From: an uncultured Gemmatimonadales bacterium
GTDB lineage: Bacteria; Gemmatimonadota; Gemmatimonadetes; Gemmatimonadales; GWC2-71-9
Length of the DNA: 64,000 nt
Reading direction: 5' to 3'
Assembly: GCA_963771275.1 (NCBI GenBank)
Contig: CAVYSW010000003.1
Location: 64,001-128,000, forward strand
Part shown: positions 9,939 to 20,641 of the stretch, one piece after another
Layout: the number at the start of each line of letters is the position of its first letter
Position numbering within the stretch: position 1 is the stretch's first letter
Translations under genes and position numbers: made by a program
Notes under the pieces: generated by a model
Databases searched by the model: none
What the model was told of the DNA's origin: nothing
Seen by the model: only the letters and a program-made list of their open reading frames with translations

Positions 9939-10816
9939 TGCACGCGGGACGCCTGCTGGTCGCCGTCATGGCCGGCGCACCGCTCGAGGCGCAGACGCTG
10001 CACTACGAGGGGAGCGCCGGCCTCGCCACGGGGACGTACATCTTCACCACGCGGACGTCCAGCTGGCACGTTGCCACCGGCTTCGCGCTCGGCGCGGGGC
10101 CGGTGACGCTCCGGGCGACGTTGCCGGTGTTCTATCAGAACTCCACGCTCGTCGCGACGACCGGTACGGGCCTGGTCCCCACGGGTGGCTCCTCCGGCAG
10201 CGTCGTTGCCGACTCGTCGGCCCGCCGGTCAGGAGACGGCTCGCGGCGGACCCCTGTGACCGGCGTTGTGGCATGGTCGACAACGGCGGGCCTGGTCGGC
10301 GACCCGGTCGAAGTCCCCGCGGGGGCCGGGGGCGCTTATCAGTGGGCGGCCGGGGATCCCGTGGTGACCGCCACCGTGGCCGCGTTGCAGCGCGGCCGGG
10401 TCGGCATTCTGCTCGGCGCCGCCGCCAAGATTCCGCTGGCGGACACCGCCAGCTTCGGGACCGGCGCGTGGGACTTTGGCGGCACCCTGTCGTCGTCCTT
10501 GATGCTCGGAGGCCGTGTGCTGGCCGGCGTCGATCTCGGCTACTGGGCGATGGGCGATCCGCCGGATCTCGCTCTCGAGAACCCGCTGCTGGTGGGGGCG
10601 ACGCTATCCTATCTCACGCCGCGCGGCTGGAGCCTGTCAGTCGGCATGAGCGGCGGCACGCCGGTGATCGCCGGCTTCGCCAACAGCCTCTCCGCCACCG
10701 TGGGGATACTCAAGCCGGGACGCCCCGGGCTCGGGCTGCTCGTGGCCGCCGGCTTCACGGAGACGGCGCCGGACTTCTCGTTCGCGCTGAGCTGGCGGTT
10801 GGGGCTGCTCCAGTAG
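9938..10816 (+). CDS. putative outer-membrane beta-barrel protein
   Basis: TAATG overlap with the upstream gene, signal peptide, alternating beta-strand pattern ending FSFALSWR. Confidence 0.65.
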   Translation: MHAGRLLVAVMAGAPLEAQTLHYEGSAGLATGTYIFTTRTSSWHVATGFALGAGPVTLRATLPVFYQNSTLVATTGTGLVPTGGSSGSVVADSSARRSGDGSRRTPVTGVVAWSTTAGLVGDPVEVPAGAGGAYQWAAGDPVVTATVAALQRGRVGILLGAAAKIPLADTASFGTGAWDFGGTLSSSLMLGGRVLAGVDLGYWAMGDPPDLALENPLLVGATLSYLTPRGWSLSVGMSGGTPVIAGFANSLSATVGILKPGRPGLGLLVAAGFTETAPDFSFALSWRLGLLQ

Positions 10817-10953
10817 GGACCGGCGCGCGCCGCAGCCGCGATCCGGACCTGAACCGCTGCAGGCTTCCCGCTTCCCATGACTACGACATGAGCACTCATG
10901 GTCATTGCGTCACCCACAGGCTCATGGCGGGGGCGTGACGCATTCCCGGCACG

Positions 10954-12555
10954 CTACCCCACCGGTCGATCGAGGCTGCGATACTGCACCGCCTCGCTCA
11001 CGTGCTGGGGCTGGATGTCCGCCGCCCCCGCGAGGTCGGCGATCGTGCGCGCGATCTTGAGGATCCGGTGATACGCCCGGGCCGAGAGCCGGAGCCGGGT
11101 GATCGCGCTCCGGAGCAGCGCGTCCGCGTCGTCGCTCACCCGGCAGTACACCCGCAGGTCCCTGGGCGTCATGTGGGCGTTGGCGTAGATCCCCGGCCGC
11201 TTGGCGAATCGCTCGAGCTGCACGTGGCGCGCCCGGTTCACGCGCTCCCGAATCGTCGCACTCGCCTCCCCGTGCCGCTCGGTGGAGAGCTCGCGGTAGG
11301 GCACGGCGGGCACCTCGATGTGGATGTCGATCCGGTCGAGCAGCGGCCCCGAGAGCCGCGCGAGGTAGCGCTCGACGCCCAGCACCCCGCAGGTGCAGGT
11401 GCGGCCGGGATCGCCCCAGTAGCCGCAGGGACAGGGGTTCATCGCGGCTGCCAGCATGAACCGCGCCGGGTAGCACAGCGACGAGGCGGCGCGCGAGATG
11501 GTGACGTGGCCGTCTTCCAGCGGCTGGCGCAGCACCTCGAGCACGTTCTTGCGGAACTCCGGCAACTCGTCGAGGAACAGCACCCCCCCGTGGGCGAGGC
11601 TGACCTCGCCGGGGCGCGGATACGTGCCGCCCCCGATGAGGCCGGCATCGCTGATCGTGTGATGCGGCGCGCGGAACGGCCGGCGCGTCACCAGCGAGGC
11701 TCCCGCCGGCAGCAGGCCGGCGACGGAGTGGATCTTGGTGGTCTCGAGCGCCTCCTCGAGCGTCGTCTCCGGCAGAATCGTGGGGAGGCGCCGGGCGAGC
11801 ATCGTCTTGCCGCTTCCCGGCGGGCCCACCATCAGGAGATTGTGCCCACCCGCCGCCGCCACTTCGAGCGCACGCTTGGCGTGCGCCTGACCCCGCACGT
11901 CCCCGAAATCCACGTCGTCGGTCGGGGGGGTGTCGAACAGGGTGGCGGGATCCACCGTCGTCCGGGGGAGCGGCCGGCCCTCCGCGAAGAACGCGGCGAC
12001 CTGCTGGAGCGACTGGGCACCCAGCGTCTCGATGCCCTGCACCACGCCGGCCTCCGCCACGTTGGCGAGCGGCACGATCACGCCGCGGCAGCCCTCGCGC
12101 TTGGCGGTGAGCGCGACCGGCAACACGCCGCGCACGGGCCGCAGGTCCCCCTCGAGCCCCAGCTCGCCAAGAACGACATAGTCGGCGAGCCCCTGCGGGT
12201 GCGCCGTCGGGCGGGCGTCTGGTTGGCCGGCGCCCCCCGGGGCGGCCGGATCCGCGCGCACCGCCCCGTTCAGCTGTCCCGTGGCCGCGAGGATCCCCAG
12301 CGCGATCGGCAGGTCGAATGCCGAGCCGTCCTTCCGGATGTCGGCCGGGGCGAGATTGACCGTAATGCGGCGTAAGGGGAAGAGAAAGTCCGAGTTGGCG
12401 ATGGCGGCGTAGACCCGCTCGCGGCCTTCCTTCACCGCGCCCTGGGGGAGACCGACCGTCGCGAACGTGGGCAGACCATTGGCAATGTCGGTCTCGACGT
12501 CCACCAGGTAGGCGTCGATGCCGAGGACCGCCGCCGACCGGATGCGGGCGAGCAT
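10954..12555 (-). CDS. comM: YifB/ComM family Mg-chelatase-like AAA+ ATPase
   Basis: ITVNLAPAD, GPPGSGKT, PFRAPHH, GEVSLAHGGVLFLDE, AAMNPCPCG, SARAYHRILK. Confidence 0.95.
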   Translation of the reverse strand: MLARIRSAAVLGIDAYLVDVETDIANGLPTFATVGLPQGAVKEGRERVYAAIANSDFLFPLRRITVNLAPADIRKDGSAFDLPIALGILAATGQLNGAVRADPAAPGGAGQPDARPTAHPQGLADYVVLGELGLEGDLRPVRGVLPVALTAKREGCRGVIVPLANVAEAGVVQGIETLGAQSLQQVAAFFAEGRPLPRTTVDPATLFDTPPTDDVDFGDVRGQAHAKRALEVAAAGGHNLLMVGPPGSGKTMLARRLPTILPETTLEEALETTKIHSVAGLLPAGASLVTRRPFRAPHHTISDAGLIGGGTYPRPGEVSLAHGGVLFLDELPEFRKNVLEVLRQPLEDGHVTISRAASSLCYPARFMLAAAMNPCPCGYWGDPGRTCTCGVLGVERYLARLSGPLLDRIDIHIEVPAVPYRELSTERHGEASATIRERVNRARHVQLERFAKRPGIYANAHMTPRDLRVYCRVSDDADALLRSAITRLRLSARAYHRILKIARTIADLAGAADIQPQHVSEAVQYRSLDRPVG

Positions 12556-12635
12556 GCGCCGACGGTAGCGGCGGCCGGCGGCGCGGTGGTAAGCGAAGTT
12601 ACGCGGGCCGGATCAGAGGGCCGCGCGTGGCTTCC

Positions 12636-12848
12636 TCAGCCCTCCGGCTTCTTCGGCCGCGTCGAGAGACCGAACGGCAGGTACGCCGGACAGAATGCCA
12701 CGAAGCTCGTGAGCACGAACAGCACCGCGACCACACACAGCACGATCGCCAGCGTTCCGCTGATGACGCGGAAGTAGTACAGCACGCCGATCACCACGGC
12801 GACCAGAATCCGGATGGTCCGATCCGCGGTTCCCATGTTCGCCTTCAT
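12636..12848 (-). CDS. DUF2892/YgaP family membrane protein
   Basis: NMGTADRTIR...FCPAYLPFGLST signature. Confidence 0.88.
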   Translation of the reverse strand: MKANMGTADRTIRILVAVVIGVLYYFRVISGTLAIVLCVVAVLFVLTSFVAFCPAYLPFGLSTRPKKPEG

Positions 12849-12978
12849 GTCCGCCTCACCCCGTTCAGGACGATGGGAATCTCGTATCCGCGCGGCGGGA
12901 TGCAAGGGCAGCGTGCCGTGCCGCCTGCCACCCGCGTATACTAGGGGGAGCCACCAGCGAAGCGAGGAGCCCCGCCCC

Positions 12979-14492
12979 GTGGGCCAGCAGCAGCCGGATT
13001 CGCGTGTCGCGCCCCAGCCGTTCCCGTCGGGCCTCGCGGTGCGGCTCGCCGCGATCACGAGTGTGCTCGCGGTGGTGCTCGTGCTCGCCGCGACGGAGAT
13101 CGCGCTCTCCTGGTCCGAGCGTTCGCGGCTGGACGACACCCGGCGCGAGGCCATGGCGGTGGGGAACACGCTCGCCTCCTACCTCACGCGGATCGCCCCG
13201 GCCGGTGACCGCGACTCGCTGGTCGCCGGGTTCGCGCGCTGGGCCGGCCACGACGTCTCCAACACCGAAGCGACGCTCTACCTCGTCGAACGCGGGCTCC
13301 TGGTCACGGCGACCGCCGTGGACAGCAGCCTGCTGGTGCCGCCGGGACCGCTCGACAGTGCGGCGCTCGCCGGCCGGGCGACGCAGGTCACGTTCCAGGC
13401 GCAGCCGGAACCCACCTGGCGCATTGCCCTGCCGCTCGGCGCCGGCGCGCCGTTCGGCGTGCTCGACGTGAGCGTGTCGGCGCAGCGCCTGGCGGACTGG
13501 GCGCGCACCGAGCGGCGTCGCGCCTACGCGCTCGCGCTCGCCTCCGCCCTGCTGGTGGCCCTCGGCGTTGCCTGGCTGATCACCCGCTGGGTGGGTCACC
13601 CGCTGCGCCAACTCGGCCGGGTGATGGCAGCCGCAGGCCAGGGCGCGGAGTGGGGACCGCAGGCCGCGGAGATCGGCCCCGCCGAGTTCCGCCTGCTCGC
13701 CCGCCGCTACAACGCGCTGCGCGGAGCCCTGATCCGGCGCGAGCGCGAAAGCGACGCCCGGGCGGCGCTGCTCGCGCTCGAGGAGCGGGCCCGCTCGCTC
13801 GACCGGCTCGCGGCGATGGCGGAGACGCGGGCGAGCTTCGCCCACGAAGTCGGCACACCGCTCAACACCGTGCGCGGCCATCTGCAGCTGCTGCGCTCGG
13901 ACATGGAAGACGCCGGCGCGCCCGCCGGCGCGCGGGTCGACCTGTTGCTGGACCAGGTGGATCGCCTCACGGCCATCGTCCGGAAGGGACTCGAGCGCTC
14001 CGCGTGGCCGCCTCCCCAGCCCGAGTCCGTCGATCTCCGGGGCCTCGCCGACCGGGTACTGCGATTCCTCGAGCCGTCGTTCACGGCGGCCGAGGTCGCC
14101 GTCTCGCTCGTGCCCACGACCGGCTGGTCGAACCCGGTCCGGGCGCGCTGCGACCCCGCCATGGTCGAGCAGATCCTGCTCAATCTCCTCAAGAACGCGA
14201 TCGAGGCCACGCGCCCCTCCGGGCATGTCACGGTGTCGGTGGGCGCCCGCGATGAGAAAGCGGAGCTCCTGGTGGCCGACGACGGGCCCGGCCTCTCGAG
14301 CGAGATGCGCGCCCAGTTGTTCAGCCCGTTCGCCACCACCAAGGGCTCCGGCGGCACAGGCCTCGGCCTCGCCGTCAGCCGCCGCCTGGCCCGGGCGCAC
14401 GACGGCGAGCTCGAGCTCGTGCCCACCGAGAGCGGTGTTACGTGGCGGCTGCTGCTCCCCCTCGCCGAACCGCCGATACCGGAGATCATCCC

Positions 14493-14496
<4 letters not shown>
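12979..14496 (+). CDS. membrane sensor histidine kinase (HAMP, HisKA, HATPase)
   Basis: Two TM segments, AHEVGTPL, NLLKNAIEA, DDGPG, GTGLGL; GAGGAG RBS before GTG. Confidence 0.92.
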
Positions 14497-15932
<1,436 letters not shown>

Positions 15933-15949
15933 GACACGTTGGCGCGCCC

Positions 15950-16068
15950 GGACAAGCTGTCCGGCGCCGCCGCGTCAGACTGCCCCACATCCGCCGCCCC
16001 CACCGGGGATGCAAACCGGTTGTCGTGCAACAGGTTGTGCGTCGGCGTCCCGAGGGCATGCCGGTTGC
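15950..16068 (+). promoter_or_regulatory. sigma-54 promoter 1 with enhancer and IHF-like site
   Basis: GG-N10-GC at 16055-16068 (GGCATGCCGGTTGC); GGACAAGCTGTCC at 15950; CAACAGGTTG at 16028. Confidence 0.75.
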
Positions 16069-16132
16069 CTCTCTCCAGGCCGAAGGGCCCCCTGCGGACC
16101 CGTGTGCCCACCCCGACATGCCAGGAGGAGAT

Positions 16133-16534
16133 ATGAAAGGAACCATGGCGCTGTTCATCGCGGGGATTCTCGCCGCCGGCTCGGCGACGTCGCTTCACGC
16201 GCAACAGCAGCAACAGCAGCAGCCGCCGCCGAAGCCCAAGCCGGCGCAGGTGCAGCCCGCGCCCAAGCCCGCCGCGAGCCCGGTCGCGCAGACCCAGGCG
16301 ATGCATCGCACCGGGACGATGCGGCCCCGAGCGCGTCACTGGAACGCGGCGCAGATCAAGGAAGCACAGACGGGCCTCACCGCCGCGAAGCTCTACACCG
16401 GGAAGATCTCCGGCCTGTATGACTCGGCCACCCGGACCGCCGTGCGCGAGTTCCAGCGCGCGCACAACATGCCGGTGACCGGCAACCTGAGCGACTCGCT
16501 TCTCGTCTTGCTGCGGGAGCAGAAGCCCAGGTAG
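16133..16534 (+). CDS. secreted peptidoglycan-binding domain protein (paralog 1)
   Basis: AGGAGGAG RBS, signal peptide, Q/P linker, YTGKISGLYDSATRTAVREFQRAHNMPVTG (PG_binding_1-like). Confidence 0.85.
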   Translation: MKGTMALFIAGILAAGSATSLHAQQQQQQQPPPKPKPAQVQPAPKPAASPVAQTQAMHRTGTMRPRARHWNAAQIKEAQTGLTAAKLYTGKISGLYDSATRTAVREFQRAHNMPVTGNLSDSLLVLLREQKPR

Positions 16535-16558
16535 CGACCGCGAAGCGAAGCAGGTCAA

Positions 16559-16590
16559 GGCGCCTCCCGGACGGTTCGGGAGGCGCTTTC
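16559..16590 (+). terminator. intrinsic terminator
   Basis: GCGCCTCCCG...CGGGAGGCGC hairpin followed by TTT. Confidence 0.7.
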
Positions 16591-16614
16591 GTTACGCGAC
16601 GACCTGGCGCATTC

Positions 16615-16733
16615 GGACAAGGTGACCGCCGGCGCCGCGTCAGACTGACCCTTCCCGTCGGCGGCACGGAACCGGTCAAACAACTTGCCGCGCAACGGGT
16701 TGGGCGCCGGGCTCCAGGCGGCACGCCGGTTGC
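16615..16733 (+). promoter_or_regulatory. sigma-54 promoter 2 with enhancer and IHF-like site
   Basis: GGCACGCCGGTTGC at 16720-16733; GGACAAGGTGACC at 16615; CAACGGGTTG at 16693. Confidence 0.8.
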
Positions 16734-16796
16734 CTTCGTCAACAGCGAAGCGGCTCACCGCCGCATTCAATGCGCAACCAGACTCAGGAGGAACCA

Positions 16797-17186
16797 ATGA
16801 CGCCCAACTTCGCGCTCATCGCGGCGCTGCTCGTTGCCGGATCGAGCACGACGCTTGTCGCACGGCAGGAGGCACCGCGGCCCCAGCCCGTGGACGTCCG
16901 GCCGGATACCTCGGTCGCACAGCCGCAGCTCGCCGCGCCGCCGTGGATGACGAAGCCGGTGGCTCGCCAGTGGAACGTCGACCGTATCAAGCAGGCCCAG
17001 ACCGGTCTCCAGAACGCCAAGCTCTACGGGGGCAGGGTCAGCGGGGTGTACGACGGGGAAACGCGCCATGCCGTGCGCGAGTACCAGCGCCTCCACAACC
17101 TGGCGGTGACCGGAACGCTGAGCGACTCGCTCATGGTCATGCTGCTGGCGGAGCAGCCCTCCAGACCATGCCCGTCCATGCCCTGA
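16797..17186 (+). CDS. secreted peptidoglycan-binding domain protein (paralog 2)
   Basis: AGGAGG RBS; WNVDRIKQAQTGL..LYGGRVSGVYDGETRHAVREYQR aligns with paralog 1. Confidence 0.85.
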   Translation: MTPNFALIAALLVAGSSTTLVARQEAPRPQPVDVRPDTSVAQPQLAAPPWMTKPVARQWNVDRIKQAQTGLQNAKLYGGRVSGVYDGETRHAVREYQRLHNLAVTGTLSDSLMVMLLAEQPSRPCPSMP

Positions 17187-17214
17187 CCGGCCGGCGCGGT
17201 GTCACACGGCAAGC

Positions 17215-17247
17215 GAGGCGCCTTCCCCACGAGGGAGGCGCCTTTTG
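17215..17247 (+). terminator. intrinsic terminator
   Basis: AGGCGCCTTCC...GGGAGGCGCCT hairpin followed by TTT. Confidence 0.7.
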
Positions 17248-17272
17248 CGTTGCGGCCGCGCGGGGGAGCGGA

Positions 17273-17388
17273 GGACCATCTGACACCTCGCAACGGACAA
17301 GGTGTCCCACTCGTCCGACAGACCACCGGTCCGCAATGCGCTGCCATTCAAGGACTTGCGACGACGTGACCAACGGCCCGCCACTTGC
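17273..17388 (+). promoter_or_regulatory. sigma-54 promoter 3 with enhancer and IHF-like site
   Basis: GGCCCGCCACTTGC at 17375-17388; GGACAAGGTGTCC at 17295; CAAGGACTTG at 17349. Confidence 0.7.
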
Positions 17389-17499
17389 CTGCTCCACACC
17401 GCAGTGGCGCGGCCGTGACGTTGGGTTGCGGCTCGGCAGGCTGAGATCAGCGCACCCGGACGAGTGCGTAGCGCAGAGCGACGAGGAGGAGAACCAACC

Positions 17500-18930
17500 A
17501 TGACGTATTTCAATGATCGCGGCGTACGCCGCCTGTTCGCGGGGACCGCCATCGTGGCGTTCGCCGCCGGGGCCGCGCTGGTGCTCGGCCTTCGGGACCA
17601 GCGAGCCGAGGCGCAGGGACCCCGCGCTCCAGAAACCGCCGCCGCGGCGACATCGGCCGCCCCGATGCCGGTCGTGCCGACCCTCGCGCCGCTCGTGAAG
17701 CGGGTCGCGGACGGTGTGGTCAACATCAGCGTGGAGGGCAAGGTCGAGAGCAGTCCGGTGGGGCTGCCGGACGACCCGTTCTTCCGCCAGTTCTTCAACG
17801 TCCCGGATCATCCAGTGGAGCAGCAGTACCAGGCCGCGGGATCCGGCGTGATCGTGGACGCCGCCAAGGGCTACGTGCTGACCAACAACCACGTGGTCGA
17901 TCACGCGGACAAGATCACGGTGACGCTTGCCGATAACCGGCGGTTCGACGCCAAGGTGATCGGTCGCGATCCCGAGGCGGACATCGCCGTAATCCAGATC
18001 CCGGCCAAGGGGCTCACGGCGCTCAAGCCGGCGGATTCGGACAAGCTGCAGGTCGGGGACTACGTGGTCGCCATCGGCAATCCGTTCGGACTCCATTCAA
18101 CGGTCACCGCGGGGATCGTCAGCGCCGTGGGTCGCTCGGGCCTCGACATCGAGGGCTATGAGGACTTCATCCAGACGGATGCGTCGATCAACCCCGGCAA
18201 CTCCGGTGGCGCGCTGGTGGATCTCCAGGGCGATCTGGTCGGGGTCAACACGGCGATCGCGGGGCCGACCGGCGGCAACGTGGGCATCGGCTTCGCGATT
18301 CCGATCAACATGGCCCGCGCGATCATGCTGCAGCTGATCGCGCACGGCAAGGTGGTGCGCGGGCAGCTCGGCGTCTACGTGCAGGATGTCACCCCGGACG
18401 TCGCGCAGGCGATGCACCTGGAGCAGTCGAACGGCGCCCTGGTGTCGCGCGTCGAGCCCGGCTCCCCCGCGGAGCGGGCGGGAATCCGCGCGGGCGACGT
18501 CATCGTGCGGGTGGACAGCCTGGACGTGACCAGCGCCGCGGCGCTGCGCAATCAGCTCGGCCTGATGCCCGTCGGCAGCGACGTACGCCTCGGCCTGGTG
18601 CGCAACGGCAAGCCCATGACGGTGGAGACCCACCTCGTCCGCCGGGAAACGGCGCGCGAGAGCGGCAGCGCGCTCGATGCGCGGTTCGAGGGCGTCGAGC
18701 TGAGCACGGTGCCGGCGGGCAACGAGCCGTCCGGGGTGGTGATCACGGACCTGAGCCCCCAGAGCCCGGCCTATGCCGCGGGGCTCCGAAAGGGTGACGT
18801 GATCACGAGTGTCAATCACCAGCCCGTCAAGTCGATCGATGATCTGAAGAGCGCGGTGCACGACACCGAGGGCCCGCTGCTCATCAATGCGGCCCGTGGG
18901 AGCACGGAGTTGTTCCTCGTGCTCCGGTAA
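17500..18930 (+). CDS. DegP/DegQ (HtrA) serine protease with two PDZ domains
   Basis: TNNHVV, DIAV, IQTDASINPGNSGGAL, two PDZ domains. Confidence 0.95.
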   Translation: MTYFNDRGVRRLFAGTAIVAFAAGAALVLGLRDQRAEAQGPRAPETAAAATSAAPMPVVPTLAPLVKRVADGVVNISVEGKVESSPVGLPDDPFFRQFFNVPDHPVEQQYQAAGSGVIVDAAKGYVLTNNHVVDHADKITVTLADNRRFDAKVIGRDPEADIAVIQIPAKGLTALKPADSDKLQVGDYVVAIGNPFGLHSTVTAGIVSAVGRSGLDIEGYEDFIQTDASINPGNSGGALVDLQGDLVGVNTAIAGPTGGNVGIGFAIPINMARAIMLQLIAHGKVVRGQLGVYVQDVTPDVAQAMHLEQSNGALVSRVEPGSPAERAGIRAGDVIVRVDSLDVTSAAALRNQLGLMPVGSDVRLGLVRNGKPMTVETHLVRRETARESGSALDARFEGVELSTVPAGNEPSGVVITDLSPQSPAYAAGLRKGDVITSVNHQPVKSIDDLKSAVHDTEGPLLINAARGSTELFLVLR

Positions 18931-19041
18931 CGGGGATCGCGTGCAGGTTCGCGTGGCGGTCGCCCCGACGGGGGCGCGGCCGCCACGCAATGTTTTCGGG
19001 ACCCTGAGCGCGGCCGGACGGCCGGCGGGGCCGCGCCGGCC

Positions 19042-20073
19042 TCACCCGCCGGAGGTCGTTTCCTTGGGGGAGCCGTCGGGGGGCCGGTGCCGCTCGATGA
19101 ACTCCTCGTGCTCCTTGGGGACGAACATGTCGTCGGCGATCGCCGCGATCTCTTCGGCGGCCTGCCACTGCAGCTCGAGGTCCACCAGCTCGCCCGCCAG
19201 CGCGAGGCGCTCCTGCTCCTCGTGGAGCGCCATCTCGAGCGCGAGCTTCATGTCCTTGGGAAGCCGCTGGACAAGCCCGTGCTTCTTGGGGCTGACCCCG
19301 GGACGCCCGTCGATCACGCGCACGGCCTCCGGCAGCTGCGCAAGGAACACCTCCGGATGCCCGGCGGCCTCGATCCGGTCGACGGCGCTGCGGATCACCT
19401 TGGGCGACCCTGCCATGTAGTTGAGCTTGGGGAGGATGATCCCCGCCACCCGTTGCGCCTCCGTGCCCTCGAAGACCTCGCGCCCCTTGCCGTGCTTCAC
19501 GCTCAGGGTCCAGGAGGTGCCGTCGGGGGTAGGAGTGATCTTGGTCTGCTGGAGCTGGGGCCTCCGCAGTTTGAGGACCCGTCCGTCCCGCGTCCGAACG
19601 CGGGCGCGCACCGGCAGGTTGAACAGCACCTGCGGCAGCTGGCCCATGGCGCCGATCCCCACCCCGGCTGCCGCCAGGCCCGCGTAGACAGCGACCAGCG
19701 CCGCCACGCCCGCGCCGGTCCAGATGATCGCGCGCCGTCGCCGCCGGCCGAACTGGTCGCCGTAACGCCAGGCCGCGAACTCGGGACGCAGCGGGCTCCC
19801 GATCCGCACCAGCTCGAGGCCCTCCTTGAGACGCGCCAGCCCGATGTTGTCGGTGGACATGCGCATCCGGGCCGCCCGGAACACGCGCTCGCACTCCTCG
19901 AAGGCCTCCCAGCGCTCCTCCAGCGGGGAGAGGTTCCAGCGCTCACACTTCTTGCACACGACCCAGAGGCGGCCCTTGTCCGGGTCGAATGCGAGCCGAC
20001 GGCCGACGGGGAACGCGCCGATGACCTCGTTCGTGCCGAGCGCGCTCTGGCAGAAGATGCAGTGGGAGTACAC
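19042..20073 (-). CDS. hypothetical protein with N-terminal Zn-ribbon and a TM segment
   Basis: CIFC...CKKC motif pair, internal hydrophobic helix. Confidence 0.8.
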   Translation of the reverse strand: MYSHCIFCQSALGTNEVIGAFPVGRRLAFDPDKGRLWVVCKKCERWNLSPLEERWEAFEECERVFRAARMRMSTDNIGLARLKEGLELVRIGSPLRPEFAAWRYGDQFGRRRRRAIIWTGAGVAALVAVYAGLAAAGVGIGAMGQLPQVLFNLPVRARVRTRDGRVLKLRRPQLQQTKITPTPDGTSWTLSVKHGKGREVFEGTEAQRVAGIILPKLNYMAGSPKVIRSAVDRIEAAGHPEVFLAQLPEAVRVIDGRPGVSPKKHGLVQRLPKDMKLALEMALHEEQERLALAGELVDLELQWQAAEEIAAIADDMFVPKEHEEFIERHRPPDGSPKETTSGG

Positions 20074-20146
20074 GACGCGGTGCCCCTCCGGCGGCGCGCC
20101 GATCAGGTCTGCTGAAGACTAACCACCTATGTACAATTAGCGAGCC

Positions 20147-20554
20147 ATGACCCACGCGACCTTGCGCCGGACGATTCTCGTCATCTACGGACTCGTCGTG
20201 GCCGTTCTGATGGTGGCCCCGATCCGCGCCCCGCACCTGGCCTCGGAGGTGCCCCAGGCTGACAAGATCGTCCACGCGGCGTTGTTCGGCCTCATGACGG
20301 GCTTCATCCGGTGGAATCTCGGGACGGTCAGTCGGCGGCCGATGTTCTGGGCGGTCGTGCTCGCCACGCTGTTCGCCGTGATGGTCGAAGTCGCGCAGCA
20401 CTTCGTGCCCTATCGCAGCGCCGACCCAATCGACGCCCTCGCCGCGCTCGGGGGCGCGCTGGTGTGCGCGTTCGTGCTGGCGAGGGGGCCGGCGAAACGG
20501 GTGTCGGCATCGGGCAACGGGAAACGGGAAACGGGAAACGTGCGTGGGACGTGA
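20147..20554 (+). CDS. VanZ family membrane protein
   Basis: DKIVHAALF, EVAQHFVPYRSADPID. Confidence 0.85.
   Translation: MTHATLRRTILVIYGLVVAVLMVAPIRAPHLASEVPQADKIVHAALFGLMTGFIRWNLGTVSRRPMFWAVVLATLFAVMVEVAQHFVPYRSADPIDALAALGGALVCAFVLARGPAKRVSASGNGKRETGNVRGT
20513..20540 (+). repeat. heptamer tandem repeat (GGGAAAC)n
   Basis: ggcaacgggaaacgggaaacgggaaacg. Confidence 0.8.
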
Positions 20555-20641
20555 CGCCGGGCCGACCAGCCGGGTATTCCCTCTCGAAGCGGAGCGCGTC
20601 GGAGTTTGTTGCACACTGTGACGATTTCGCGGGAGGTGGAC

